Shown in pieces: positions 1 to 9,454 of a DNA stretch of 64,000 bases. Position 1 is the first letter of the stretch; each line of letters begins with the position of its first letter. Made by a program: the position numbers and the translations under genes. This stretch comes from an uncultured Arcobacter sp. GTDB taxonomy: Bacteria; Campylobacterota; Campylobacteria; Campylobacterales; Arcobacteraceae. The notes beneath the pieces are model-generated. The model saw only the letters and a list, made by a program, of their open reading frames with translations. It ran no database searches and was not told the origin of the DNA. The DNA lies in assembly GCA_965140705.1 (NCBI GenBank), contig OZ223300.1, positions 1,536,001 through 1,600,000 on the forward strand, read 5' to 3'.

Positions 1-59
1 TATCTTGTGAAGTATTAGGAACACCTTTTAAAAAGGCTTTAGAAAAACATTTAGGATAA
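1..59 (+). CDS. 3' end of an upstream gene (partial, ...SCEVLGTPFKKALEKHLG*)
   Basis: Open frame from the window edge to TAA at 57-59, convergent with the next gene. Confidence 0.5.
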   Translation, partial: SCEVLGTPFKKALEKHLG

Positions 60-66
60 AATAGTT

Positions 67-297
67 TTAAACTATTTTATCTACTTCATAATCATAGCAA
101 TCTTTTATATTACTATATTCAAAATCTTTATATTCATTTGAAATAATCTCATAGTTGAGTCTTGTTAATTCTTCATTGAGACTAGTTTTTGAAAAGTCTA
201 TAGAAAGTAACTTTGGAAAATTATCAATTATATTTCCAATAGTTGTAATACTATCAAAACTATTTGGGTCAAAAGGGGCTTTGCTTTTTTTACTCAT
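67..297 (-). CDS. Small hypothetical protein (76 aa)
   Basis: ORF with AAGGA RBS upstream of ATG; no recognisable motif. Confidence 0.65.
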   Translation of the reverse strand: MSKKSKAPFDPNSFDSITTIGNIIDNFPKLLSIDFSKTSLNEELTRLNYEIISNEYKDFEYSNIKDCYDYEVDKIV

Positions 298-338
298 AAA
301 TATCCTTATTTGTAGTATATTTATTTAGTATGCATTTT

Positions 339-1493
339 TCATTCTTTTGATTTCAATCTAGCCTTTAACTCTTTTGCTGCTAGGGCATAACCACCATTTG
401 AACTATCCACAAAGTGAATATGTTTCCCATGTCTTTCAAAAATAAGACAAGTCATAAGTGCAGAGTCTGATTTGTGTATTCCATATACTAAATTGCCATT
501 TTGAAACTCTTGTTCTAAATACTCTTCAAGTTTTTTTGTTTGAGTTTTATTTGTAGAAATTACCATTCTAAGCATATCATCAAACTTCTCTGTATCAGTT
601 GTTCTTATAACTCTATTTTTGTAATCACTCCATTGTCCCTTGGAATATTTCATAAGAAGAACTCCAAGTAAATTTTCAATAAGTAGTCGCAATATTAAAA
701 AAAATCTAGAAAAAATATTTGAAGCAAAAACTGAAGCTTCTGCATTTAAAACCATAGGATTAAAAGATATAATGAGTTGATCTATCTCTTTTATGGGATT
801 TCTTTGTATATAAGAACCTGCAATTTCATGAATCTTATTTAAAGTATTTTGATAAATTTCATTTGATTTTTCAGGGTTTGTACTTTTGATTAACAAAGAA
901 CTTGTTTCATCTTTGGGACTTTTTATATCTTCCCAACGACACTCTAATCCAACAAAATCAGCAGTATAGTTAAAATTAAAGTTTTCATCTATTTTAAAAT
1001 TTTTGTATTCATTCTTTAGTAAATACTCGGCAAGTTCTAGACCATTTCCCCTGACTATTGCTTGTGTAAAATCTTTAGAAACTTTGAATTTTGTAACTTC
1101 TATAACTGAGCCTCTTTTTTCAATCTCTTTTATATTAATAATTCCAACTCTTAAATCCAAGTCAAATGCTTCTTTTGCTTTTTTAGCAGTTTCTAGTAAA
1201 ACAACTTTAGCTCTATCCACTAAAGTAGGGGGTATAATTAAACTTGCCCCATCTCCTCCGAATATATATGGAAATTCTAAACTTTTATCTATATTTAATA
1301 CCCCAATAATAGTAAGGGCAGCCACAAAATTTACTTTTTTGTACATACCTTCTTCTATAGCTTTTGTAGAATCAACAATATCAGAGACTAATACAAACCA
1401 ATCATCTGGAACCTTATGGTAATTATCATTATTCATAATTAAAGAGAAATCTTTTATCTCTTTAATTTCCTTATAAAAACTATTTGTACTCAT
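339..1493 (-). CDS. DUF3095 family protein
   Basis: VPDDWFVLVSDIVDSTKAI, FGGDGA, GLECRW, HIHFVD and GGYALAAKELK motifs match my recollection of DUF3095. Confidence 0.8.
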   Translation of the reverse strand: MSTNSFYKEIKEIKDFSLIMNNDNYHKVPDDWFVLVSDIVDSTKAIEEGMYKKVNFVAALTIIGVLNIDKSLEFPYIFGGDGASLIIPPTLVDRAKVVLLETAKKAKEAFDLDLRVGIINIKEIEKRGSVIEVTKFKVSKDFTQAIVRGNGLELAEYLLKNEYKNFKIDENFNFNYTADFVGLECRWEDIKSPKDETSSLLIKSTNPEKSNEIYQNTLNKIHEIAGSYIQRNPIKEIDQLIISFNPMVLNAEASVFASNIFSRFFLILRLLIENLLGVLLMKYSKGQWSDYKNRVIRTTDTEKFDDMLRMVISTNKTQTKKLEEYLEQEFQNGNLVYGIHKSDSALMTCLIFERHGKHIHFVDSSNGGYALAAKELKARLKSKE

Positions 1494-1497
1494 GGTA

Positions 1498-1869
1498 TTA
1501 TTTACAAAGATTTGTTTTGCATTGATCTTTACCAGTTATTTCACCACACTCTTCAACATATGATATTCCCCATTTATACATCTCTTCTAATACTGGTTTT
1601 AGCCTTTTACCACATTCGGTTAGGCTATATACTACTTTTGGAGGAACTTCTGCATATACTTCTCTATGTATAATTTTTTTCTCTTCTAACTCTTTTAATT
1701 TAATAGTTAATGTTTTTTGAGTTATTTCACATACAGTTTCATGTAAATCTTTAAATCGCATGTCCCCATCTAATAAGTGCCAAATTATTCCCAATTTCCA
1801 TCTGTCATTAAATATGTCAAGAGTAACTGAAACTGAGCATTTATACTCTTTGTCATTTATATAATACAT
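1498..1869 (-). CDS. HxlR/DUF24 (MarR-type) transcriptional regulator
   Basis: CSVSVTLDIFNDRWK...LKELE...VYAEVPPKVVYSLT; start moved to ATG 1869, which has an AAGGA RBS. Confidence 0.9.
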   Translation of the reverse strand: MYYINDKEYKCSVSVTLDIFNDRWKLGIIWHLLDGDMRFKDLHETVCEITQKTLTIKLKELEEKKIIHREVYAEVPPKVVYSLTECGKRLKPVLEEMYKWGISYVEECGEITGKDQCKTNLCK

Positions 1870-1924
1870 CTTAAATCCTTTTCTTATTTTTATTATATCA
1901 TAAAGTTTATAAATTACCATTACT

Positions 1925-1941
1925 TTACTTTAGGTAAGTAA
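1925..1941. promoter_or_regulatory. Putative HxlR operator TTACT-N7-AGTAA
   Basis: Inverted repeat TTACTttaggtaAGTAA in the divergent hxlR/mdaB intergenic region. Confidence 0.6.
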
Positions 1942-1998
1942 GAGTAATTTAAGTTTACTGTGTATATAATTCTCATATTGACTCATTAAGGAGAATAA

Positions 1999-2580
1999 AT
2001 GAAAAAAGTATTAATTTTAAACGGACATCAATTTTATAAAAATGTGGCAGAAGGAAATCTAACAAACAGTTTTATAAATAAAGCAAATGAGTTTTTTACT
2101 AAAAATGGATTTGAAGTAAAACAAACACATATTGAAAAAGGTTATGATAAAGAAGAAGAGATAGAAAAGTTTGAATGGGCTGATTATATTTTATTTCAAT
2201 ATCCAGTTTATTGGATGGGGCTTCCTTGGATAGCAAAAAAATATATAGATGAGACATTTACACAAGGACGACATTATGCAAGTGATGGAAGAAGCAGAGA
2301 TAATGCCTCAAAATTATATGGAAGTGGTGGATTACTAACAGGTAAAAAATATATGTTATCTTTAACTTATAATTGTCCTGAGTCTGCTTTTAATAACAAA
2401 AATAGTCTATTTGATGGAATGTCTTTAGACCAAGCTCATGTTGCAGTTCATAAAACTTTTCAATTTTGTGGACTAGATGCCCTTGAAACATATGCAGTAC
2501 ATGACATTTTCAAAGGTGATTTAAACTTAGATGCAGAATTAGAAAAATTTGAAAAAATTTTAACTAAAAACTTTTTATAA
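1999..2580 (+). CDS. mdaB: NAD(P)H-dependent quinone reductase, MdaB/flavodoxin-2 family
   Basis: WADYILFQYPVYWMGLPWIAKKYIDE, DGRSR...YGSGGLL motifs. Confidence 0.85.
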   Translation: MKKVLILNGHQFYKNVAEGNLTNSFINKANEFFTKNGFEVKQTHIEKGYDKEEEIEKFEWADYILFQYPVYWMGLPWIAKKYIDETFTQGRHYASDGRSRDNASKLYGSGGLLTGKKYMLSLTYNCPESAFNNKNSLFDGMSLDQAHVAVHKTFQFCGLDALETYAVHDIFKGDLNLDAELEKFEKILTKNFL

Positions 2581-2595
2581 AATATTGGAGTAATT

Positions 2596-3345
2596 ATGAA
2601 TGAAATTATAAAACAATTAGGTAGTAGAAAATCAATAAGACAATTTACAGGTGAAATTGTAAGCCAAGAAGACCTTGAACTTATTATAAAAACAGCACAA
2701 AGATGTCCAACTTCTATAAATGGGCAACAAATATCTTTAGTATATACAAGAGATAAAGATAAAATAAAACAAATAGCAGAATTTTGTGGTGGACAACAAC
2801 AAGTGGCAACAGCTGATGTATTTATTTTTGTATGTGTTGACTTTAATAGAACTATTTTTGCAGTTGAGCAAACTGGAGAAGAACATCAAATTGATAAATC
2901 AGCTGAGGGTATACTTGTGGGTGCTGTTGATGCTGGAATCATGTTAAATGCAATACAAATAAGTGCAGAATCATTAGGATACGGTACAACTGCAATTGGT
3001 GCTGTTAGAAATGAACCAGCTGCTATAATTGAGTTATTAGGACTTCCACCAAAAACATTTCCAATCGTAGGAACTACTATTGGAGTACCTACAAAAGAAG
3101 CAAAAGATGCTCCTTTGAAACCTAGAATTCCAATAGATAGTTTTGCTTTTGAAGATAAATATGATGACAAAAAAGTAAAAGATGGTGTTTTATTATATGA
3201 AAAACAGATGAAAAAATTCAGAGTTGATAATAATATGAACTATTTACAATCATATTGTGAGCAAACTGCAAGCTATTATAAAAATATCTATTTTAGAAAA
3301 ATTGAAGAAAACTATACAAAACAAGGTTTTGCATTTAAAGATTAA
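2596..3345 (+). CDS. NfsA/Frp-family nitroreductase (NADPH-flavin oxidoreductase)
   Basis: RKSIRQF, PTSINGQQ, GAVDAGI, AESLGYG...IGAVRN, KPRIP. Confidence 0.9.
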   Translation: MNEIIKQLGSRKSIRQFTGEIVSQEDLELIIKTAQRCPTSINGQQISLVYTRDKDKIKQIAEFCGGQQQVATADVFIFVCVDFNRTIFAVEQTGEEHQIDKSAEGILVGAVDAGIMLNAIQISAESLGYGTTAIGAVRNEPAAIIELLGLPPKTFPIVGTTIGVPTKEAKDAPLKPRIPIDSFAFEDKYDDKKVKDGVLLYEKQMKKFRVDNNMNYLQSYCEQTASYYKNIYFRKIEENYTKQGFAFKD

Positions 3346-3357
3346 AAAGGAAATATA

Positions 3358-4377
3358 ATGGAAACAAATACAATGAAGGCAATTAGACAGTATGAGTTTG
3401 GTGGTCCTGAAGTATTACATTATGAAGATGCACCTATCCCTGAACTTAAATCAGGTGAAGTTCTTGTTCAGGTTCATGCAGTTGGTATCAACCCACCTGA
3501 TTTGTATTTACGGGATGGATATAAGATGCTTCCTCCTGAATGGCAACCAAAGGTCTCTTTTCCTATTATTCTTGGAACGGATATTTCAGGCGTTGTTAAA
3601 GCGGTTGCTGATGATGTGAAAAACTTTACAATTGGTGATGAAGTTTATGCTATGGTTCGTTTTCCTGAAGGACTTGCTGGTGAGAGTAGAGCCTATGCAG
3701 AATATGTTAACGTTCCAGCATCAGAACTTGCAATCAAACCAAATAATATCAGTCATGTGCATGCTGCTGGTGCTCCTATGTCACTACTAACAGCATGGCA
3801 GTTCATGATTGAACTTGGACATAATCATCCTAATCCACTTCAAGCAAATAAGCATGAACCTGTGCCATTAGAGGGGAAAACAGTTCTTATAAATGGTGCA
3901 GCCGGTGGTGTAGGACATTTTGCAGTACAATTAGCTAAATGGAAAGGTGCACGAGTAATTGCAGTAGCATCTGGTAAGCATGAGGCATTATTATATGATC
4001 TTGGTGCGGATGAATTTATTGATTATACAAAAACAACTCCAGAAGATGTTATCCGTGATATTGATCTTGTTATTGACACCATTGGTGGAGAAAAAACTGG
4101 TCGTTTTTTACGTACACTTAAACAAGGTGGTTCTTTATTCCCAATCTTTCCTTTAGGTTTCTCAGGTACAGAAGAAGCAAAGAAGTTAGGTGTTAAAATC
4201 TCATCAGTTCAAGTACGATCAAGTGGAATACAGCTCACAAAATTAAGAGACTTACTTGATGATGGAACGATTCGTGTTGTGATTGATAGTACTTACCCTC
4301 TTATTGATGCTAAAAAGGCACATGAACGAGCAACTCTTGGACATATTCAAGGTAAGATTGTTCTTACTGTCTCATGA
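3358..4377 (+). CDS. NADP-dependent oxidoreductase (MDR/quinone oxidoreductase-like)
   Basis: EFGGPEVL, GINPPD, GTDISGVV, LINGAAGGVGHFAVQLAK, GKIVL. Confidence 0.9.
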   Translation: METNTMKAIRQYEFGGPEVLHYEDAPIPELKSGEVLVQVHAVGINPPDLYLRDGYKMLPPEWQPKVSFPIILGTDISGVVKAVADDVKNFTIGDEVYAMVRFPEGLAGESRAYAEYVNVPASELAIKPNNISHVHAAGAPMSLLTAWQFMIELGHNHPNPLQANKHEPVPLEGKTVLINGAAGGVGHFAVQLAKWKGARVIAVASGKHEALLYDLGADEFIDYTKTTPEDVIRDIDLVIDTIGGEKTGRFLRTLKQGGSLFPIFPLGFSGTEEAKKLGVKISSVQVRSSGIQLTKLRDLLDDGTIRVVIDSTYPLIDAKKAHERATLGHIQGKIVLTVS

Positions 4378-4423
4378 TGTAACAAAAAATATACAAAGTT
4401 TAAAAACTGAAAAAAGGAATATT

Positions 4424-4543
4424 ATGAAAAATATAGTAATCGTAGCTAACATTAAAGTAAAAGATGAATTTAAAGATGAAGTTTACAATGAACTCCTAAA
4501 ATTACACAAAGCAATTCATAAACATGATGAGGGTTGTATTTAA
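4424..4543 (+). pseudogene. Truncated ABM/putative quinol monooxygenase (39-aa N-terminal stub)
   Basis: AAGGA RBS, then MKNIVIVANIKVK...DEGCI and TAA; matches the first third of an ABM domain. Confidence 0.7.
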
Positions 4544-4544
4544 T

Positions 4545-4847
4545 ATGATTATTGCAATTGTAAAAGCAAAAATAAAAAATAATAAACATGATGAGCTAAG
4601 AAAAATAGCAAATATTTTACAGTATGAATATGTAGTAAAGGAAAAAGGTTGTGAACAATATGAGTCATTTATTGATGGTGATACTTTTATCACCATTGAA
4701 AGATGGAATTCTCAAGAATCACTTGATTTACACCTTGAGGCTGAGCATGTAAAAGTTTATGTACCTAAGTTAAAAGAGTGTGTGGTTGAGGAAACATTTG
4801 ATGTGCAATTTATAAAAAGTGATGATGTTTCTTTCATAAAAATATAA
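4545..4847 (+). CDS. Antibiotic biosynthesis monooxygenase (putative quinol monooxygenase)
   Basis: EKGCEQYE...FITIERWNSQESLDLHLEAEH; likely start ATG 4545. Confidence 0.8.
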   Translation: MIIAIVKAKIKNNKHDELRKIANILQYEYVVKEKGCEQYESFIDGDTFITIERWNSQESLDLHLEAEHVKVYVPKLKECVVEETFDVQFIKSDDVSFIKI

Positions 4848-4866
4848 AAAGATTTAAAGGAAATTT

Positions 4867-5895
4867 ATGAGCTTACTATTTACAGAGGGACAAATAGGGA
4901 ATTTGAAATTAAAAAATAGAATAGTTATGCCTCCTATGTGTATGTATTCAAGTGATAATAGTGGTGAATTAAAAACTTTTCACAAAGGACATTATTTAGC
5001 AAGAGCCATTGGTGGTATTGGTCTTATTATTTTTGAAGCAACAGCAATTGAGCCAAGAGGAAGAATCTCTTCAAAAGATTTAGGTCTTTGGGATGATTCT
5101 TTAATTGAAGCACATAAAATATTAAATGAACAAATTCATTCATTTGGAGCAAAAACAGCTATCCAGCTTGCCCATGCAGGTAGAAAATGTAATGTTGAAG
5201 ATGAAACTCCTATTGCACCAAGTGCAATTGCCTTTAGTGACAATAAACCTTTTAAAATGCCAAAAGCTGCAACATTAGAGGATATAAAAAATATAAAAGA
5301 GTTATTTGTAAATGCAGCACTTAGAGCAAAAGAAGCTGATTATGATGCAATTGAACTTCATGGTGCACATGGATATTTTTTATGTGAATTTTTATCACCA
5401 TTAAGCAATTTAAGAGATGATATTTATGGTGGAAGTTTAGAAAATAGATGTAGATTACTTTTAGAAACAGCAAAAGAGATTAAAGAAAAAGTTGATTTAC
5501 CTTTGATTGTAAGAATAAGTGCTGATGAATGGATGAATGAAGGTTGGAATATAGAAGACTCAATTTATCTATCAAAAGAGCTTGAAAAAGTAGGAGTTGA
5601 TTCCATACATGTTTCATCTGGTGGAAATCAAGAAAAACCAAATAAACCAATAGAATTAAAACCTATGTATCAAGCTGATTTTGCAAAAGAGATAAAAGAA
5701 GAGGTAAATATTCCTGTAATTGCTGTTGGACTAATTACAACAGCACAAGAAGGTGAAAAACTTTTAGAAGAAAGGTATTGTGATTTTGTTGCATATGGTA
5801 GAGAATTATTACGTTCTCCTAATTTTGCATTTCTTGCAGCAAATGAATTTAACAAAAAAGAGTTAATAAACTCTTCATATATGAGGGCATTTTAG
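4867..5895 (+). CDS. namA: NADH:flavin oxidoreductase, Old Yellow Enzyme (YqjM/NamA type)
   Basis: NRIVMPPMCMYS, IQLAHAGRK, HGAHGY, GRELLR. Confidence 0.85.
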   Translation: MSLLFTEGQIGNLKLKNRIVMPPMCMYSSDNSGELKTFHKGHYLARAIGGIGLIIFEATAIEPRGRISSKDLGLWDDSLIEAHKILNEQIHSFGAKTAIQLAHAGRKCNVEDETPIAPSAIAFSDNKPFKMPKAATLEDIKNIKELFVNAALRAKEADYDAIELHGAHGYFLCEFLSPLSNLRDDIYGGSLENRCRLLLETAKEIKEKVDLPLIVRISADEWMNEGWNIEDSIYLSKELEKVGVDSIHVSSGGNQEKPNKPIELKPMYQADFAKEIKEEVNIPVIAVGLITTAQEGEKLLEERYCDFVAYGRELLRSPNFAFLAANEFNKKELINSSYMRAF

Positions 5896-6818
5896 TGCAT
5901 AAAGAAGAAAATAAAACCAAATATTTTGTTGGTATGTTAATAGCTATGTTACTTTGGGGAGTTGCATGGACTTCTGGAAAAGCAGCAGTCGAACATTCAA
6001 ATATACAGGTAGCTTCATTTTGGAGATATACTATTTCTTTTATAGGAATGATACCAGTTATGATTTATATGAAAAGAACTTTGAAAACTGACTTTTTAGG
6101 ATATTTTTATATGATTTTAGCTGGATTATTAAGTGCAGCTTTTAGTTATTTATTCTTTGCAGGTCTTGCACATGGAGAAGCTGGATATGGAGGAACTATG
6201 GTTACATCATTGGTTCCTTTACTTACATATTTTTTATCTATTTTGCTTTTTGGTACAAGAGTATCAGCAAAACAAGTATTTGCTTTAGGTATTGGTGTAT
6301 TTGGAGCTATTATTTTGCTTCGTATTCCAATGGAGGGATTAGGCTTTTTAAATCTTGATAGTATATATTTTTTAGTCTGTGCTATTGTTTGGTCTTTTGT
6401 TACAGTTCTAACACAAAAGGCTTCAAAAAGAGTTGACCCTATGTTTTACACTTTAGTAATCTTTGGTGTAACTGCTTTTACAAATATGATTATTGCCTTA
6501 CCACATCATCCTTTTGAAATAGGATTATATGATTCAGTATTTTGGTTAAATATTTTATTTGTAGGATTATTTTCTGGAACTTTTGCAATGGCAATATTTT
6601 TTGCAAGTGCTAGTAGAATTGGTGCACATAATACGGGTGTATTTATGTTTATAGTTCCAGTTGGTGCAATAATATCAAGTTATTTTGCCTATGATGAAAA
6701 AATAGCATCTTCTACAATAATAGGTTGTTTATTATCACTGACAGCTGTTATATTATTCAATAAAAAAAGTAAACTTGAAAAACTAAAATTAAAAGAGGCC
6801 CAATTAGGAATTGAGTAG
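5895..6818 (+). CDS. DMT/EamA family transporter
   Basis: About 10 hydrophobic segments, AMLLWG start motif; GTG start overlaps the upstream stop. Confidence 0.85.
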   Translation: MHKEENKTKYFVGMLIAMLLWGVAWTSGKAAVEHSNIQVASFWRYTISFIGMIPVMIYMKRTLKTDFLGYFYMILAGLLSAAFSYLFFAGLAHGEAGYGGTMVTSLVPLLTYFLSILLFGTRVSAKQVFALGIGVFGAIILLRIPMEGLGFLNLDSIYFLVCAIVWSFVTVLTQKASKRVDPMFYTLVIFGVTAFTNMIIALPHHPFEIGLYDSVFWLNILFVGLFSGTFAMAIFFASASRIGAHNTGVFMFIVPVGAIISSYFAYDEKIASSTIIGCLLSLTAVILFNKKSKLEKLKLKEAQLGIE

Positions 6819-6893
6819 TTTTTTATAATTGATTAAAAAACTTACTATAAAATAACATTTTTTAATGTATAAAATTAATTTAAAGGAATAATT

Positions 6894-7523
6894 ATGGAAA
6901 AAACATTTATGGAAGCTATGGATTTTAGACATGCGTGTAAGATTTTTGATGAGACAAAAAAGGTTAGTGATGAGGATATGCATTTTATATTAGAAGCTGG
7001 AAGAAAATCGCCTTCTTCATTTGGTATGGAAGCTTGGAAATTTTTAGTTATAACAAATGAAGAATTAAAAGCAAAATTAAGACCTTTTTGTTGGGATCAA
7101 CCTCAAATTACTACTTGTTCTCATTTAGTAATTGTCTTAGCAGGAATTGAAGGTGTTAAACCAGAAAGTGGAATCCCTGAAAAAAGATTTGCTAGACGTG
7201 AAATGCCTAAAGAAAAATTAGATTTTTATTTAGAATTATATGCAAATCATTTAAAAGAGACTTTAAGTAATGATAAAAATATCTATTCTTGGACAGCAAG
7301 ACAAACATTTATTGCCTTAGGTAATATGATGACAGCAGGAGCTATAAGAGGAATTGATTCTTGTCCTATTGAAGGTTTTGATAAAGAGGGTGTTGAGGGT
7401 GTATTGGGTCTTGATACTTCAAAATACCAATTAACTTGTGTACTTCCTTTTGGATATAGAATTAATGAACAATCAACACAATTAAGAGAAAAATTTGAAG
7501 ATATAGTTGAATTTATAAAATAA
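6894..7523 (+). CDS. NfsB/FrxA-like nitroreductase
   Basis: FRHACKIFD, SPSSFGMEAWKF, GIDSCPIEGF. Confidence 0.9.
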   Translation: MEKTFMEAMDFRHACKIFDETKKVSDEDMHFILEAGRKSPSSFGMEAWKFLVITNEELKAKLRPFCWDQPQITTCSHLVIVLAGIEGVKPESGIPEKRFARREMPKEKLDFYLELYANHLKETLSNDKNIYSWTARQTFIALGNMMTAGAIRGIDSCPIEGFDKEGVEGVLGLDTSKYQLTCVLPFGYRINEQSTQLREKFEDIVEFIK

Positions 7524-7547
7524 AAAGCTAGTAATACTAGCTTTTTA
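7521..7547. terminator. Intrinsic terminator hairpin
   Basis: TAAAAAGCTAGTA-A-TACTAGCTTTTTA inverted repeat at the stop codon. Confidence 0.8.
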
Positions 7548-7570
7548 CAGTAAAGAAAGTAGAAAATAAT

Positions 7571-7762
7571 TTGGAAGAAAATAGTTTAGAAAAAGAAGCT
7601 TACAGATTAAGATTTGAATATTATAATCTTTATGAAAATAAAGAGTTACAGTGGCATGAAAAGTATAAAAATCATCAATTATATAATATCGTAGTTGAGG
7701 GATTTAAATATAGATTTCACGAAATTGCACAAGAGATGCCAAAACTATTAAAGAAACTTTAA
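7571..7762 (+). CDS. Small hypothetical protein (63 aa)
   Basis: TTG-start ORF filling the intergenic gap; host-like codon use. Confidence 0.55.
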   Translation: MEENSLEKEAYRLRFEYYNLYENKELQWHEKYKNHQLYNIVVEGFKYRFHEIAQEMPKLLKKL

Positions 7763-7877
7763 TTTAAGTATAAAAATAAATATTTTTACACTTAATCAAC
7801 TTCTAATGTGAGATTAATTTTCAATTATTATTCTTATGATATAATTGCGTTTAATTAAAAACAAGGTTTAGCTAATA

Positions 7878-9350
7878 ATGGAAATTTCTCCAATTAAGAC
7901 ACAAAAATTCATAATAAAACTCTTCCCCGAAATAATGATAAAAGGAACCTCTGCAAAAAGACAAATGGTAGGAAGACTACATGGAAATTTGCAGAGACTT
8001 TTTGCACAAATCTCAGATGATATTACAATAAAAAAATTTTTTGATAAAATAGAAGTAGTTTGTCCTATAGAGTTTGTAACAGAAGTAAGAATTAAACTTT
8101 TAGATACTCCTGGTATCGAGTTAGTTTTAGAGGCACTACAATTTGACAAAATAACAACAATTGATGAAATAAAAGAGATAGTAAATGAACATATGGCAAA
8201 AGAGATAGAAAATAAATCTTTTGTGGTAAGAGTTAAGCGTTCAGGAACACATGATTTTAAATCTACTGAAATAGAGCAAACTGTTGGTGGATATATGTTA
8301 AATAAAAATAGAGATTTGACTAAAGGTGTTGATTTACGAAATGCTGAAGTTACTATAAATCTAGAACTTATAAATAATCAATTAAATATAATAACACTTA
8401 AGCATAAAGGTCTTGGTGGATTTCCTTTAGGTTCTCAAGGTGAGATTTTATCTCTTATGTCAGGTGGTTTTGACTCAACAGTTGCTTCTTATCTTACTAT
8501 GAAAAGAGGAATTAAAACTCACTTTGTATTTTTCAATCTTGGTGGAGTAGCACATGAGATAGGTGTAAAACAAGTAGCTTTATATCTATGGAATAAGTTT
8601 GGATCTTCACATAGAGTTACATTTACTTCTATTCCTTTTGATGATGTTGTTACTGAGATATTTAGATCAACACATGAAACATACATGGGTGTAACACTAA
8701 AAAGACTTATGTTAAAAGCAGCTGAGAAAATAGCAAATGATTTAAAAATAGATGCTCTTCTTACGGGTGAAAGTGTTGCTCAAGTTTCTAGTCAAACTCT
8801 AAGAAACTTAGCTTTAATTGACCAATCAACAAATAAATTGGTTCTAAGACCACTTGCTACAATGAATAAACCAGACATTATAAATATAGCAAATGAAATT
8901 GGTACTAAAAGATTTGCAGAAACTATGCCTGAATATTGTGGTGTTATTTCAAAAAATCCAACTATTCATGGCTCTTATGACAGAATGGAAAAAGAGTCTA
9001 AAAAATTTAATTATTCTGTTTTGGATAAAGCTATTGAAAATGCTATTCAAATAAATGTTGATGAGATTAGTGAAGATATAAAAGATATTGGAGAAATGGA
9101 AATTGTAAGTGATATTTCAAATGGGAAATATGTTATTATTGATATTCGACAAACACCTGAGTGTATAGAGACATCTTGTGAGACTTTAAAGATTCCTTTT
9201 TATAAACTAAAAACAGAGTTTGAAAAACTTCCCCAAGATAAAGAGTATTTATTTTATTGTGAGAAAGGAATATTAAGTCAATTACATGCTCAATATTTAA
9301 AAGATGCAAAAAACTTTAATAATATAAAAGTATATAGACCAATAAAATAA
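7878..9350 (+). CDS. thiI: tRNA 4-thiouridine synthase ThiI (THUMP + PP-loop + rhodanese-like domain)
   Basis: KLFPEIMIK, SLMSGGFDS, TGESVAQVSSQT, MPEYCGVIS, C-terminal YCEKG. Confidence 0.95.
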   Translation: MEISPIKTQKFIIKLFPEIMIKGTSAKRQMVGRLHGNLQRLFAQISDDITIKKFFDKIEVVCPIEFVTEVRIKLLDTPGIELVLEALQFDKITTIDEIKEIVNEHMAKEIENKSFVVRVKRSGTHDFKSTEIEQTVGGYMLNKNRDLTKGVDLRNAEVTINLELINNQLNIITLKHKGLGGFPLGSQGEILSLMSGGFDSTVASYLTMKRGIKTHFVFFNLGGVAHEIGVKQVALYLWNKFGSSHRVTFTSIPFDDVVTEIFRSTHETYMGVTLKRLMLKAAEKIANDLKIDALLTGESVAQVSSQTLRNLALIDQSTNKLVLRPLATMNKPDIINIANEIGTKRFAETMPEYCGVISKNPTIHGSYDRMEKESKKFNYSVLDKAIENAIQINVDEISEDIKDIGEMEIVSDISNGKYVIIDIRQTPECIETSCETLKIPFYKLKTEFEKLPQDKEYLFYCEKGILSQLHAQYLKDAKNFNNIKVYRPIK

Positions 9351-9454
9351 TAAAATATATTTTAACAACTTAATGGTATAATAAGAAATTTTAGGTATAA
9401 ATTCATTTTTAATAATAAATAATAATAAATAAAAGAAAAAAGACAAGGTAAAAT

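Noticed and set aside
4283..4543. 86-aa ORF as listed
   Set aside because: The 5' part overlaps the oxidoreductase in another frame; the credible start is ATG 4424 (truncated ABM)
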